Numbered from the stretch's first letter, positions 47,398 through 59,559 are shown. The stretch: 64,000 nt of DNA from Coniocarpon cinnabarinum (GCA_051942205.1 JAVECO010000075.1:1-64000); one strand, 5' to 3'. Translations and numbers: made by a program. Notes: a model not told the origin generated them from the sequence alone.

Positions 47398-48443
47398 ATG
47401 GTCGACCGCCCAAACAAACCCTCGGCAATCACGCCCTCGCAGCTGTCCCTGCAGCCCCAAGTCGATATCACCCATGATTCTTCGCGCGTAGTTGCCAAGC
47501 TCGCCACAGGCGAGTCGGTGGAGATCCTCCTGTATGGCGCCACCGTGACTTCTTGGAAGTCGCATCAAGGCAACCATCAGAATCTTTGGGTCTCCAAGGC
47601 TGCCACTTTCGATGGCTCCAAGCCGGTCCGTGGTGGCATTCCCGTGGTCTTCCCCGTCTTTGGGCCTCCGCCGCCTAATCATGCTACATCAAAACTGCCC
47701 CAGCATGGTTTTGCTCGCAATAGTAAATGGGAGTTTTTAGGCAAAAGCAGCAGCGAGAGTGGAGCAATCAGCAAGAGTGGCAAAGGCGACGATTGCGTCA
47801 AGTTGGACTTCGGTCTGTTTCCTTCAGCCTTGAGTGCGGACCACAAGCAAGCATGGCCACACGAGTTTGGTTTGATCTACAGTGTGACACTCGGTGTGGA
47901 TAGTCTACAAACCATGCTCAATGTGCGGAACGAGGGCAAAGAGAGCTTCGAGTTCCAGATGCTGCTCCACACGTATTTCGCCATTGAGGACATTGGAAAG
48001 ACTACCGTCAACGGTCTCATGGGCGTAGAATATATCGACAAGGTTGCAAACCACAGAGCTACGACTGAGCCGAATATGGCTGTTGCAATTACCGGTGAGA
48101 CGGATCGTGTCTATCAAAAGATTCCCCAGGATACAACTAGCATCCTTACTGGGGACCAGCCGAGGTTCGACATTATTAGAGACAATCTCTCTGACACTGT
48201 TGTCTGGAATCCATGGAAAGAGAAGGCTCAAGCTATGCCCGACTTCGAGCCGAGCGACAACTATCAGCGAATGCTTTGTGTGGAAGTTGGTTCCGTTGCT
48301 GGTAAGTGTCCGGCCCAACATGGGTTGCATTGGTATTGTGTAGAGCCGGCTTCTGATTCTTCACAGGCTGGCAGAAGCTCGAAGGAGGCGAGACTTTCGA
48401 AGCCGGGCAGATCATGCGCGCTCACGGCTCTGGCGCTGGGTGA
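47398..48443 (+). CDS. D-hexose-6-phosphate mutarotase (glucose-6-phosphate 1-epimerase, YMR099C-like; 2 exons)
   Basis: LYGATVTSWK, VRGGIPVVFPVFG, LPQHGFAR, LLHTYF, ETDRVY, VVWNPW, MLCVE. Intron 48302-48366 gives ...AGWQKLEGGETFEAGQ...GAG*. Confidence 0.93.
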
Positions 48444-48767
48444 CTAGGACCAGCTTGCAGTCGACTTTGAAGTCAGTTGATTTGGACTTAAAGCGCCTAT
48501 GTTTTACGGGAAGCGAAATAGATTCTTCTAACATAAGACCAGCACCACACTAGTACCTCGTGCCAGCAAGCACACACAACGATCTACGACTGCGACGATT
48601 TGACGATCAGATGCGACGAAGGTTTCGCATGTCAAAGGCGCGACACGAAATGTATGCGAATGAATGCGTCCACGTCTACCAACGATGCCTCCCCTCCCTT
48701 TTTTCTCAAAACGCAAAGAAGACTTTGTTTTGCGCTGCCATGCACATGTATTTGCTACCTCCTCTGT

Positions 48768-49853
48768 TCAGCGGTCTGTTGCTGCATTTGCGGCACGCTT
48801 CTTGGTCATATCCTTCCGCGCATCATGACCATTGTTCCCGTTCTTGTCCTTCGTCCACTCCGTCCATCCGGCTTGCGCCTTCAACTCGTCCACCGCCGTC
48901 TCAACTCGTGTCAAAACTTCTCTCATTTGCAGCCACTCCGGTTTCCCTCGCACACGTGCTTTGAGCTCCTTTACCTCGCCCCGAATGACCATGATTGTTT
49001 TCTCGAATTTCAGGTCCGCGAAAGACTTCTCGACACCCGTCTCCGGCGCATAAGCAAAATCCTCAAGCGTCTGCACAATCCATGTCAACCAACGCAAAGG
49101 ACGGTGATGAAAGAGTGGCCACTGATCGTGCACGTTGTCGATGAAGTGGGTCAACTGTTCCATGCCCGGTGACCGCGGCACGTAAAATGGTGATGAGCTC
49201 CCAACTGAGGCCCTCGCCTGCACATCTACATCAGTGTCCATCATGTCTGTGTCGACCGACTTCCACGTCGACGTCCGTCCAACAGAGGTTAAGTAACTCA
49301 CCTTCGCCGCCAGCGATGCCTGCCGCAACCTCCGCTTCAACACGAGCATTGGCCCTGTCAGCGTCCTATCCTGCAATATGTCTAACGCGGCCACGAAATC
49401 ATTGACGGCGTCTATAATTCCCGCACCGTCAGCGAAGGATGCGCCGAAGTAGGGGTCCCAGCAATCGACCATGTCTTCGATGGATGCGAGGAGGCCCTCG
49501 ACTTGGTGAGCTTGCGCGTGATCGGGACACAGACTGCGGGTTTCGCGAATACTAGCGGAGAGAGCATTCAGCCTCTGGGAAAGCTCGACAATTTGGTCGG
49601 AAGTCCACGGACTGGGAACGCGCTCTTCCGCGGCGGAGCGGAGGGCGCGATCCAGCGATTCGTCATGGTCGACGAAAGTGGTCTGAATTCTTGGAGCGGC
49701 GAGGCTATCAGCGAGCGTTTGGATTGGTATTATGTGAGCGGGGTTGCATTCGGCTATTGGCTTTGGTGTTGTGGTTCCTCGAGGAGCCTTGGAAGCCTTT
49801 CCCTCACGCTCCTTTTTGGTTAAGAACACAAGTGGATACTGTTGAGCAGCCAT
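48768..49853 (-). CDS. Hypothetical protein, no recognisable family
   Basis: Long stop-free frame (48768-50108) with protein-like helical composition from the ATG at 49853 (MAAQQYPLVF...). No competing gene on the opposite strand. Confidence 0.65.
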   Translation of the reverse strand: MAAQQYPLVFLTKKEREGKASKAPRGTTTPKPIAECNPAHIIPIQTLADSLAAPRIQTTFVDHDESLDRALRSAAEERVPSPWTSDQIVELSQRLNALSASIRETRSLCPDHAQAHQVEGLLASIEDMVDCWDPYFGASFADGAGIIDAVNDFVAALDILQDRTLTGPMLVLKRRLRQASLAAKVSYLTSVGRTSTWKSVDTDMMDTDVDVQARASVGSSSPFYVPRSPGMEQLTHFIDNVHDQWPLFHHRPLRWLTWIVQTLEDFAYAPETGVEKSFADLKFEKTIMVIRGEVKELKARVRGKPEWLQMREVLTRVETAVDELKAQAGWTEWTKDKNGNNGHDARKDMTKKRAANAATDR

Positions 49854-51205
49854 TGTGTCGTGCAATTTGATCTGTGAAAGACGTTGGAGAGATAGTCTTT
49901 GGATTGTAAGTCTGTGTGCGGCGTCTTTGAAGAGCTTTAGAACCGAAGCGTTATTTGATGATGTTACTGTAATTTTTGGAACAGGAACAGACCTCATACG
50001 GGGAACAAAAGAGACCTGAAGCACCAAAAGGTGAAGCAGCCATGCATGACAGCACAGTGAAAAGCGTGGTAACTGTCGCCTCCACCTGTTGGCGGGGCTG
50101 CTCGCCACCTTAATCTTGCACGTGGTGATGGGTAATGTTTACAGTAGATGGCATCGATTAGGAGATGCTACGTCACCGGCGTTTCCTAATGCAACTTCAT
50201 TCGCTCATTGCAAGACAAGACGGAAACATCGGCGGCCGGATTTGTTCACACTGTGCCTGGAACAGTGCAGACATCTGCTAAGAATCAGTCGGAATTCGTG
50301 CAGAGCGTGTTGTAAAAGAGTAAACGAATGCAGGAAGATCAACAAAAATTATCTTCGAGCTCCACTGCTTGCATAATACTCGTAATCGTATGCTTCCTTG
50401 ATTCCCGAAATTTATTTGTGTTGGCTCGTAGTAGTGACCTCTTTGCCTTTGCAGACGTTGAATACACAGTTGCCTCAAGGCAATCGGCCTGATGTGTGAG
50501 ACCATTTATATTTGAAGACTCTACCAGAGCCTGACTTGTACTCCTAGTCTCCAGGCTTGAGATTCGGTGTTCGATGTTGGCGGCGAAGTGTGCAGAGATA
50601 TGGTTACGGTTACCGTGCTCGTGACATCCTGGCCTAGAGGAGGACTTTGCGGAACAGCATTCATACCTCATGCCCTCTTGATAGGACCGTACCATTCCTC
50701 AATCATGGTTGAAACTTTTGTACATTAGCAATTGAATGGGGAGCTTGAATAGATGCCGCAATCACCGATGATGTCTTCGGAACATTCAAAATCGATTGAA
50801 AATCGATAGCAACCTCGACACAGTCTAGCGGCATTCCGGGTGGGCGTTCACTTTCTGCTAGCCACAACAGCGAGAGTCAGAGCTGGTCTTGGAGACTTCA
50901 TGTCGCTTTCGCTCCATTTTCCAGTATTGCATGCAAGGGGATCGCAGTCTTCGAATAAAGGAAGATCAGACCTCAAAAATTTTGATACGTGCTTCTCGCA
51001 TTAAGTGTTGAGAGCATTAAGACGTATTTATCTTTCCTGAGACTTCATCAGCCGTTAGCATGGTCCTATGGAGCACCTCAAAAGAACATACCTCCATTTG
51101 TCCGATCCCAGTCTTGGCCCTTTGTGTCTACCAGGGAAGTTGAATGGAGGACTGTCTTGCGCCTGTATGTGTTTTTTCACCATCGAAGCTGCACAACGCC
51201 TTTCA

Positions 51206-52457
51206 TCAGTAGCTCATAGCGGCTTTCATTGCATCGTATACTCCTGCCATACTGTCAGTGTCTGATGGTATCTAAGCTCACATGCACCTCACTTGCGACA
51301 TCCGGAACATTAAACCGTTCATAGATCAACCCAGAGTGTGTACTTTGTCCACAACATCTTTGTACTGGAGCCTCCAGACGAAGAAAGCATCTCTCTTGAA
51401 TTGTTGCGGCAACTTCAGCACCAACGCCAGCGTTGACCATGCTTTCATGAACCACAACACATCTACCGGTCTTACTGATACTTTTGATTACACACTCTCG
51501 GTCCCAGGGATACACGGTCCTCAAATCGATCAATTCCACGGTCTTCTCCGGGAAGTCTTGCTCAAGCGCTTCAATTGCTTTTTGGCAAAAGTACATTGGT
51601 GCCCCGTAACTCACTATCGTGACGTCTTTACCCTCCTTCACCACTTCTGCAGTGCTTAGTGGTATCGTATAATACTCGCTGGGCACTTGCTCAACAGCCG
51701 CCCTGTACAATATCTTTGGCTCCATAAACACGACAGGGTCATTATACTCGAAGATTGAGCTGAGCAAGAGACCTTTAGCTTGCCAAGGGCTTCTCGGTGT
51801 CACTACCCGAAGACCAGGAATGTGCGTGAACAGACTTTCGGGACTCTGAGAGTGATACAGAGCTCCATGGCCAACCCCGCCCGATGGCATGCGGATGACA
51901 AGGCCGCCAACATTGCCACCCGTTGCCCCTTCTCGATACCGCCATTTCGCTGCTTCATTGACCATTTGGTCGAATGCAGGATACACGTAGTCAGCGAACT
52001 GGATTTCGGCGACCGGCTTGAGGCCCTCAGCTGCGACGCCGATCGCAAATCCCGCAATACCTTGCTCTGTTAAAGGTGTATTGAACACCCGATCGGAACC
52101 GAAGTTGAGAGCGAGGTCAGATGTGCAGCGAAACACGCCGCCAAACGCGACATCCTCACCAAAGACAAGTACGCGCGGATCCGAGGAGAGAGCAGTGGAC
52201 AAGGCAGAGTTGACCGCTTGGAAAAGATTCATTCGCTTGGTAGTGCCATCTTGAGCCTCCCTCGGCAAATGTTGAGAAGCAAGGGCTGCTTTGCTTGTGT
52301 GGTGTAGTAGAGGTGTAGTAGCATAGTCTACCGAAGTGTTCAGGCGAGCATGGGGAGGATGACTGGCGTAGGCCCGCCGAGTGACAATGCTCGATAATGA
52401 GACCGGTTTATATGGCTTTGCAATGAGGCGGTCGCAGACTCGAAAGCCTAATGTCAT
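51206..52457 (-). CDS. BCKDHB: Branched-chain alpha-keto acid dehydrogenase E1 beta subunit, mitochondrial
   Basis: FGEDVAFGGVFRC, RVFNTPLTEQGI, EIQFADY, GHGALYHSQSPE, ELIDLRT. Final intron gives ...RVYDAMKAAMSY*. Start approximate. Confidence 0.93.
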
Positions 52458-52757
52458 AACGTACACAGCAAGACCCTTTCTTGCATGACGAGCACCTAAC
52501 ACAGGTGCCTCGAAGATCCTTTGGGGTGTGTTACTTCATACCCTCACTGGCCTCCAGCAAAAGTGTTTCTTTGAGGATAAATTGTTGTGTAGGTGCGAAA
52601 GCCGCCCCCAGTCGCGAGCTCTGGGGCGGCTGCTCGATTCATCGTCCACTTTATTGCATGATTTTCAGAACGTCGCCCAATCCGACGCTGGTCTTAGTCA
52701 AGTTGTTAATGACGGGTGTGGCAGTCGCATTACTCTGAGTCTACGTTGCAGAACACT

Positions 52758-54104
52758 ATGGCTTCTGTCACAGATCCTGCACAAGTTCTCACGAAGTCCG
52801 CAAATCAAACTCGAACCATCTTTGGACCAGCCTACTTCGCTCCTTTCACAGCTTCTCAGGACAATATCAGCTACCGACACAAAGCGCGTGTCGAATATGG
52901 CTCTGTGAAGGAGCTCCCGGCAACGATCGAGGCAAAGATGACCGCCGCAGGCAAGAAGCGACGACTGAATGGACCGACTACATCTTCATCCACTTCTACG
53001 CCCAACCCAGTACCTAATTCCCAGGCCCTTGTTCCCGCTGCAAAACAAAATGGAGCTCCAAATAGCCAACAGACACCTCTGGCGACCAGTCTCATTCGAC
53101 GTGATGCAATACGAGAGGAGAAGCCTGACTGGGCGCCCCCATGGCGTTTGTACCGTGTGCTGTCTGGGCATTTGGGCTGGGTCCGCGCGTTGGCCGTCGA
53201 ACCAGATAATCAGTGGTTTGCAACAGGTGCAGGCGATCGCACAATCAAGATATGGGATCTAGCGTCTGGCACACTGCGTCTTACATTGACCGGCCACATC
53301 AGCACTGTGCGAGGTCTGGCCGTCTCACCTCGACACCCATACCTCTTTAGCTGTGGTGAAGACAAGATGGTGAAGTGTTGGGACTTGGAGACGAATAAAG
53401 TAATACGGCACTATCACGGTCATCTCTCTGGTGTTTACACACTCGACCTTCACCCTACGCTCGATGTCCTTGTAACTGGAGGCCGTGATGGCGTTGCAAG
53501 AGTCTGGGACATGCGGACGCGCTCTAACATTCATGTCCTTTCCGGTCACAAGCAAACGGTGTCATCCGTCAAAGCGCAAGAAGCCGATCCACAGATAATC
53601 TCCTCTTCTCTCGACTCCACTGTTCGTCTCTGGGATCTGGCAGCTGGAAAGTGCTCTGGGGTGCTTACACATCACAAGAAAGGTGTGAGAGGGCTCTGTC
53701 TGCCTCCTCACGAGTTCACATTTGGGTCGTGCTCGACAGCATCAATTAAGCAATGGAAATGTCCGGAAGGACAGTTGATGCAAAATTTCGACGGTCATAA
53801 CACGGTGCTCAACACGATTTCTGTAAATGAAGATGGCCTTCTTATGAGTGGAGGAGATGATGGAAGCATGTGCTTCTGGGATTGGAAGACGGGCTACCTC
53901 AGGCAGAGAATGGAGAGCGTGGCACAACCTGGAAGTTTGGATGCCGAAGCGGGCATCATGTCCAGTACTTTTGATCAGACGGGCACTCGATTGATTACTG
54001 GCGAGGCGGACAAGACGATTAAACTTTGGAAGCCCGACGAGAATGCAACCGAGGAAAGCCATCCTCTGGAGTGGACACCAGTTATACGAAGGAGGAAGAT
54101 CTAG
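52758..54104 (+). CDS. PRP46: Pre-mRNA splicing factor Prp46/PLRG1 (WD40)
   Basis: [62 protein letters not shown]. Confidence 0.95.
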   Translation: MASVTDPAQVLTKSANQTRTIFGPAYFAPFTASQDNISYRHKARVEYGSVKELPATIEAKMTAAGKKRRLNGPTTSSSTSTPNPVPNSQALVPAAKQNGAPNSQQTPLATSLIRRDAIREEKPDWAPPWRLYRVLSGHLGWVRALAVEPDNQWFATGAGDRTIKIWDLASGTLRLTLTGHISTVRGLAVSPRHPYLFSCGEDKMVKCWDLETNKVIRHYHGHLSGVYTLDLHPTLDVLVTGGRDGVARVWDMRTRSNIHVLSGHKQTVSSVKAQEADPQIISSSLDSTVRLWDLAAGKCSGVLTHHKKGVRGLCLPPHEFTFGSCSTASIKQWKCPEGQLMQNFDGHNTVLNTISVNEDGLLMSGGDDGSMCFWDWKTGYLRQRMESVAQPGSLDAEAGIMSSTFDQTGTRLITGEADKTIKLWKPDENATEESHPLEWTPVIRRRKI

Positions 54105-54645
54105 TGCCTTCTATCAATGGACCTCGTGCAAGATGGCATTCGCTTCTGGGCACTTCGTCACGCGAATTATACAGCACAGCTGTTTGTGACCGTATGTCAA
54201 AAGGCTACTGCAGCACTGGTGTCCATAGAACAACAGGGACTCTGGATCGACTGTGATTGATTACTAGCATGAATTTGAAGACTTACACCAACGTAGTAGA
54301 CACGTCTACGCAGAACACGTCGCAGACTTCACAACGCAACAAGGGACAACACTCTCACAGCAGACCCGAATAACGTCCCTGACTTATTCACAGACTGGTT
54401 AGCACGCAGTGCTGCATATTCAAGTGGGACTGGAGATAGTTTCAGGCTGTAATTTGCTGCGCAATGGGCCTGCCCTGAAAGAGCACATTACCAGTAGCGC
54501 AAATAAGTTCTCGCCTCATACGCGTCAGCGGTCTTTAAAACACGTATGCCGTTTTCGACCGTAGCTGTGCTCTCCTGAAGCGTTCTCTGCTAATAGTTGT
54601 GGAGCTCTTTTCAAGCACCGTTGTGTATTGACTAGCTTGAGCATG

Positions 54646-57081
54646 CTACTGAAATCCCAATCCCTTCACTTCCTCGTCGTCCTTCAGGGCAGATTTGACC
54701 TCTTCTTCGCTAGCTTGTAACCTCACCCTCGCCCCACGCTCTCCATTATTCTGCTCAATAACCACCACGCCAGCCTCCAGCAGCTCTATCGCTGCTGCGC
54801 CCATTCCAAGGACTCTTGGCAAGTGCGTCTTTTGATGAACCACATCACCGCCAGCAGGTCCATCGGCGGATGGAGAGTGCTCAGTCAGCAGCCATTCTCT
54901 CAGTCCTGGCAGTTCAGACATCCTCCCGATCTTCTTCGCTTCGTCTAGGATGTCGCCCAGTGTGGTCTCGGCGAGCCCAGTCCGTCTCGAGCGTGCCACC
55001 AACGCCGCTAAAAAGAATTTCGCACTTAGTGAAGTGGTCTTGAGGTATGACTGTAAGGGCGACGATGTAGCTTCTCGAATAGCGCGTTGAATTGTGCCGA
55101 TGGTGACGCGCCCTCGCTTGTCGTCCCTTTGTGTGGCTCGCGCAGTCGACTCTCTCTTGCTGTTGCGGCCTGTTTTGCTAGGCGTATCTGGAACGTTTTC
55201 TTTGTCGCTTCCATTGTTGACCCAAGGCAAATTTCCATCCTCCTTTGCTCTCACCTCGGCTTCGACCTCCGCGATCTCCACCGCTCGCCGACATATGTCG
55301 AGGCATCTGCGGGCATCTCCGCTCACTTGCGCAACCTTCCGGCTTGCGAACTGGATTGCGTCGCTCTCGACAAATATCTCGCCGTGTGTCCCGCTGACAC
55401 TTTCAAGACGTGACTCCACAATTTTCATGAGCTGGGCATGTGTGTAGCCCTGGAATGTGACGCGTGTTAGACCCAACCGAGAAGAGATCTTGTTCGAAAG
55501 AGTACGTTCAGGGAGATCCATGGTGTTCGCCACAGCAAGAACAATGAGTCGAGAGTGTCGGAGTTGAGGCCAGTTGAAGAAGTTGTACATGACATTTTGT
55601 GTCTTTGTGGCAAGTTGGTCAAGCTCATCCATCAGGACCACACAAGGTACTCTACGTGGACTGGGCCTTGAAAACTCTCTGGATAGCAGAGTGAGCGATT
55701 GAGCGGGAGAGACGCGCTGCGACGTTAATGCTTCCCAGAGAAGAGAGTATGACTGTGATGGTTCGGTAACTTTCATGCCGTTGATCTCCACAAAGATGAA
55801 GTCGTCCAACTCCTCACAGTCGACCGAGGCATGTAGCGAGGCAACGACCTCACGAACTGTGGCTGTCTTGCCAGTCCCGGGCGTACCGGCAATGTAGATA
55901 CATGTACCAAGGCCGGACGTTATAGCTGACTCAAGATGAGAGTGGACGATTTCAAATTCGTTCTCGCGACAAGGCAAGGAGGCGGGGACGGCGGAGACGT
56001 GCAAATGAGTCTTTGCACGGGCAAGTGGAGTGGTGAGGAGCGAGTGCTGTGATGGACTCAGGATTCGCGTTCCCAGTGGAGTAAACTCGAGTGGCTTTTT
56101 CTCTACCACGCGACGATGAGTGGGCGTTTCATAGAGCGATGTTGTTTTGGGCGTGTCCCTTTTTTGCGGAGTACGTTTCGTGGGTGTTCGATCCGTTCCC
56201 ATCAGCTTCCGCTTTTTCCTAGGTGTGCGTGGTGTTGCTCGCTCGTCGTCAAAGTCGCGATCATCTACATTGTCTGCGATGACAAAATCTGTGAGGCCTC
56301 GATGACGGCTTGCACCTTTCCTTCTCGTGGCTATTGTTTCTGCTTCGATCTTGGCTTCTAGTGTGGGCAATGAATCAACGCCACGAAACATGTCTTCCCA
56401 CACAAATTCTTCTGTATAAGTTGCAGTACGGAGAGTGACCCCGCGTCTACACACGAAGACATGACCAAAATCTGGGTCGTTGCGAGGCACTTTGCCTGTA
56501 GGATAGTTCTCAGCAAACTGGGCTGGGCTCATGATGACAGCACGACCACTGATAGCTTCTAGGGGGTTCTCATCTGTCGAGGATGTCATGTATCTTTCAT
56601 TGGGCATGGCATCCTGCCGTCTTTTCGACTTGTTGTGAATGTCTTTGGTTGAAGAGAGCCACATGAAGCGGGCGGTTTTTTCCAAGTCTGCCGCATTATT
56701 CTGAGACTCATGCTCACAAGCTTCAGCAGATGGGTCAATGAAAGCAGTGATAATGGCTACCCATGTATCGTTGCGGTCCGCACGAAGAGTCACGGCGTCA
56801 CCAAGTCGGACCGTGAAGGAACCTAAGCGCGCCCCGACTATGCGCTGATCGTCGGATGGAAGCCATGCATTGGAAGTACGCTTGCGTTTCCGCGAGGAGT
56901 GTCGGAGGCCTGAATCAAGCTCTTCAGTCGAATCATCCTCATGCGAATTCAAGTCGCTGCTCGGTGAGTATATCCACTCCCAGTCAGACTGTTCTTCATC
57001 ATCGACTTCATTTTCACTCTCAAAGTCCAATGTGTGCAAGTTATCGTCAGCAGGCAGCTCAAGGTTTTTGCGTGCCTCCAT
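54646..57081 (-). CDS. ORC1: Origin recognition complex subunit 1 (BAH + AAA+)
   Basis: BAH region, SLPCRENEF, Walker A GTPGTGKT, EINGM, Walker B LMDELD, ANTMDLPER, SGDARR. A short upstream exon is possible. Confidence 0.95.
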   Translation of the reverse strand: MEARKNLELPADDNLHTLDFESENEVDDEEQSDWEWIYSPSSDLNSHEDDSTEELDSGLRHSSRKRKRTSNAWLPSDDQRIVGARLGSFTVRLGDAVTLRADRNDTWVAIITAFIDPSAEACEHESQNNAADLEKTARFMWLSSTKDIHNKSKRRQDAMPNERYMTSSTDENPLEAISGRAVIMSPAQFAENYPTGKVPRNDPDFGHVFVCRRGVTLRTATYTEEFVWEDMFRGVDSLPTLEAKIEAETIATRRKGASRHRGLTDFVIADNVDDRDFDDERATPRTPRKKRKLMGTDRTPTKRTPQKRDTPKTTSLYETPTHRRVVEKKPLEFTPLGTRILSPSQHSLLTTPLARAKTHLHVSAVPASLPCRENEFEIVHSHLESAITSGLGTCIYIAGTPGTGKTATVREVVASLHASVDCEELDDFIFVEINGMKVTEPSQSYSLLWEALTSQRVSPAQSLTLLSREFSRPSPRRVPCVVLMDELDQLATKTQNVMYNFFNWPQLRHSRLIVLAVANTMDLPERTLSNKISSRLGLTRVTFQGYTHAQLMKIVESRLESVSGTHGEIFVESDAIQFASRKVAQVSGDARRCLDICRRAVEIAEVEAEVRAKEDGNLPWVNNGSDKENVPDTPSKTGRNSKRESTARATQRDDKRGRVTIGTIQRAIREATSSPLQSYLKTTSLSAKFFLAALVARSRRTGLAETTLGDILDEAKKIGRMSELPGLREWLLTEHSPSADGPAGGDVVHQKTHLPRVLGMGAAAIELLEAGVVVIEQNNGERGARVRLQASEEEVKSALKDDEEVKGLGFQ

Positions 57082-57186
57082 CTCGTCAGTCTGTCTGCAG
57101 CCTCATGTATTTGTATCCGGGGAGTGTTTAGCGTTAGGAGGGAAAGGCGACGTTAAGTCCCTTCGTTTCATTACCTTGCCAGAATA

Positions 57187-57219
57187 ACGCGTCGGGGACG
57201 CGAGCATCGCGACACGCGT
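57187..57219. promoter_or_regulatory. MCB (MluI cell-cycle box) cluster in the ORC1/BUD32 divergent promoter
   Basis: ACGCGT at 57187 and 57214, ACGCGA at 57198 and TCGCGA at 57207, all within 33 bp. Confidence 0.65.
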
Positions 57220-57412
57220 TAATTGTTCGATTGGCCTGCGCACGGATCACTTTTACATGTGCCCCACTTCCCTTTTCCTCTCTCTCCAAAGTGCTCTTTC
57301 TCCAGAGGAGTGACACAAGTTGTACGAGATCCTTGCAGAAGAGCATGTCTGTGTGAGCCGAGGTGAACGCTCAGCACAACTCCATCACCAATCAAAAGTC
57401 TGGCAGTTGAAA

Positions 57413-58246
57413 ATGCCACAACTTCCACGAAATTTTGAATCTTCTAGCCCGTTATTGCAGTACCAAGGCGCAGAGGCCTTGATTTATAAAACCCAGTTCC
57501 CGATCGCTGAAGACGTGCATGTTGAGGGCGTTTCGTCAGTTCCAGCATTCCTCAAATTTCGCCCCTCAAAGCCATATCGCCATCCAACCATAGATGCGAA
57601 GTTGACTAGACATCGAATTTTGGCTGAGGCTCGAGTTCTCACAAAACTTCGTCGCGAAAGAATTGCGGTGCCAGCAATCTATGCGCTTGATTGGGAGAAG
57701 GGATGGTTGCTCGGAGAATGGATCGAAGGCCAAACTGTGCGCGTAGTGCTCGACCAGGTCGTGCCACAGTGGCTCACAGCTACTGAGTGCGATAACAATC
57801 ACAGCCTGTCAGTTTCTGATGTGGGCGTTGACTTGCATCGTGCGCTGATAGAATTGATGGCCAAGATCGGAGCACTGGTCGGTAAAATGCATGCTGTAGG
57901 AGTGGTTCATGGTGATCTGACAACCAGTAATCTTCTACTGAAAGCCGATGTGCAAGGAAACGATGGATCTGCGTTGACTTTAGCCGACGCAGCATCCTCA
58001 ACTGGTCTTCGAGGAGATGTTTACCTTATTGATTTTGGCTTAGTTGACAGGAGCATCCACGACGAAGACCGCGCTGTGGACTTGTACGTACTTGAGAGGG
58101 CTTTTGGTAGCACACATCCACAAACCCAAGGGTTGTTTCAAGAGCTCCTCAAGGCTTATAGCAAGAGCTACAAGGGTGCTGGCATCGCGCTTAAGCGGCT
58201 TGAGGACGTGAGGATGCGCGGCAGGAAGAAGATCATGATCGGCTGA
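57413..58246 (+). CDS. BUD32: KEOPS complex kinase Bud32/PRPK
   Basis: QGAEA, KPYRHP, HGDLTTSN, LIDFGL, EDRAVDLYVLERAF, VRMRGRKK. Confidence 0.95.
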   Translation: MPQLPRNFESSSPLLQYQGAEALIYKTQFPIAEDVHVEGVSSVPAFLKFRPSKPYRHPTIDAKLTRHRILAEARVLTKLRRERIAVPAIYALDWEKGWLLGEWIEGQTVRVVLDQVVPQWLTATECDNNHSLSVSDVGVDLHRALIELMAKIGALVGKMHAVGVVHGDLTTSNLLLKADVQGNDGSALTLADAASSTGLRGDVYLIDFGLVDRSIHDEDRAVDLYVLERAFGSTHPQTQGLFQELLKAYSKSYKGAGIALKRLEDVRMRGRKKIMIG

Positions 58247-58291
58247 TGTCTAGAGAACGTCTTGTTGCTGCCGGCTTCAAGAGGGATGGGT

Positions 58292-59292
58292 TCAGTCGTT
58301 GACAAGCTCAGCGACAGCAAAGTAGCCTTTGTTTTCAATCACGCCACGGTTCCTGACGACTGCGGTGTACTTGATGACCCATTGGGGCTCAATACTTCCT
58401 GATATGCCAGGATCCCTATCAGCTCCCGCTAGAACCCCGGCCCCTTCCTGGCTGTGACCAAGTAGTTCCCGGACGATCCCCGGAGGCAGAATATTCGTAC
58501 AATCGTTGTGTGTCAGCAGTTCAACTTCTTCCTCCTTGGCGTATAAAATGAGCGGCTTCGGTACAACACAACAATCTCGGACGTTGATTTGATTCACTAA
58601 TGGTCGGACTCGCGTCCGCTGTAGAAATTTGGACAGCCGGCTAGTTCCAAATTCTGACACTCCCAATTTGTCGATAACTCCCTCGTCATGCAAAGCTTCT
58701 AGACAGGTCCAGGTCTCCACCATACTGTCAAGATCTTCAAGACTATTTCCGTGTGCGAGCGCGCCAGTACTCATGGCGCCTTCCAACTCCGGATCATCTT
58801 CGTCCTCAGCGTCAAACGAAATGCCAGGATATGAAACAATCAAGAGATCGATTGACGACACATGTAGCTCTTGAAGCACCAGCTTTACTGCTTCCCTTGT
58901 CTGTGCGCAACGACATCGGGCTGGATTGCGTGGCAAGAAGAAGAGCTTCACAGTAATTTCATACTGTGGCCGTTCTTCTGCCAGCCCAGATTTAGCGAAA
59001 TTAACTGAAGGAATGAAGACTGCGTCATCATTCTGGGTAGTCCAACTCGTGTATGATTGTTTTTGAGAACTGTCACCGTTTGCGTGTGTAGGAGAGGTTG
59101 CACTTTGCTGGGCAGTGGCAAAGTTGGCACGTAATGAGGACGTGAATTCGGCATTTGACTTGAGAGCGGTGGATCTCCGGATAGCAGCAGGTCCACTGCC
59201 CATGATGTTCCTGCGTTCCGTTGAGCCATTGCAACATCTTTGCGTAGAGAACTGGGTGACACTTACGACGTTGACAGTATAAGTTTCGTCAT
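58292..59292 (-). CDS. GCLM: Glutamate-cysteine ligase regulatory (modifier) subunit (2 exons)
   Basis: MTKLILSTS|NIM, YEITVKLF, LGVSEF, QINVRDCCVVP, LLTHND, WVIKYTAVVRNRGVIENKGY. Confidence 0.88.
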
Positions 59293-59559
59293 CGTAGCGG
59301 GCGTGCAAAGGATGTAAAGGGAGAGAAAGTATCGCGCGTCGCGGAAATGTCTTTGTAAAGCTTGAACGCGGGGTTGATCATGGGTAAATGCAGACTACAT
59401 TGTTATGTGCTTTGGTCTGCAATGCGGACGTTGATGGGCCCCACCAAAATTGGAAGCGAGTCAGAGGATGCTTGGCATAAAGATTGCTGTCCAAATTGCA
59501 TTGTCTTTCTTCCACCCTTCTTCTTTCCACATCTAGCGCTTGCAAAACGGCCGCACAGC

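Noticed and set aside
18616..59292. Three glutathione-related genes (DUG2, GLO1, GCLM) in one window
   Set aside because: Separated by 13-23 kb of unrelated housekeeping genes; not a cluster.
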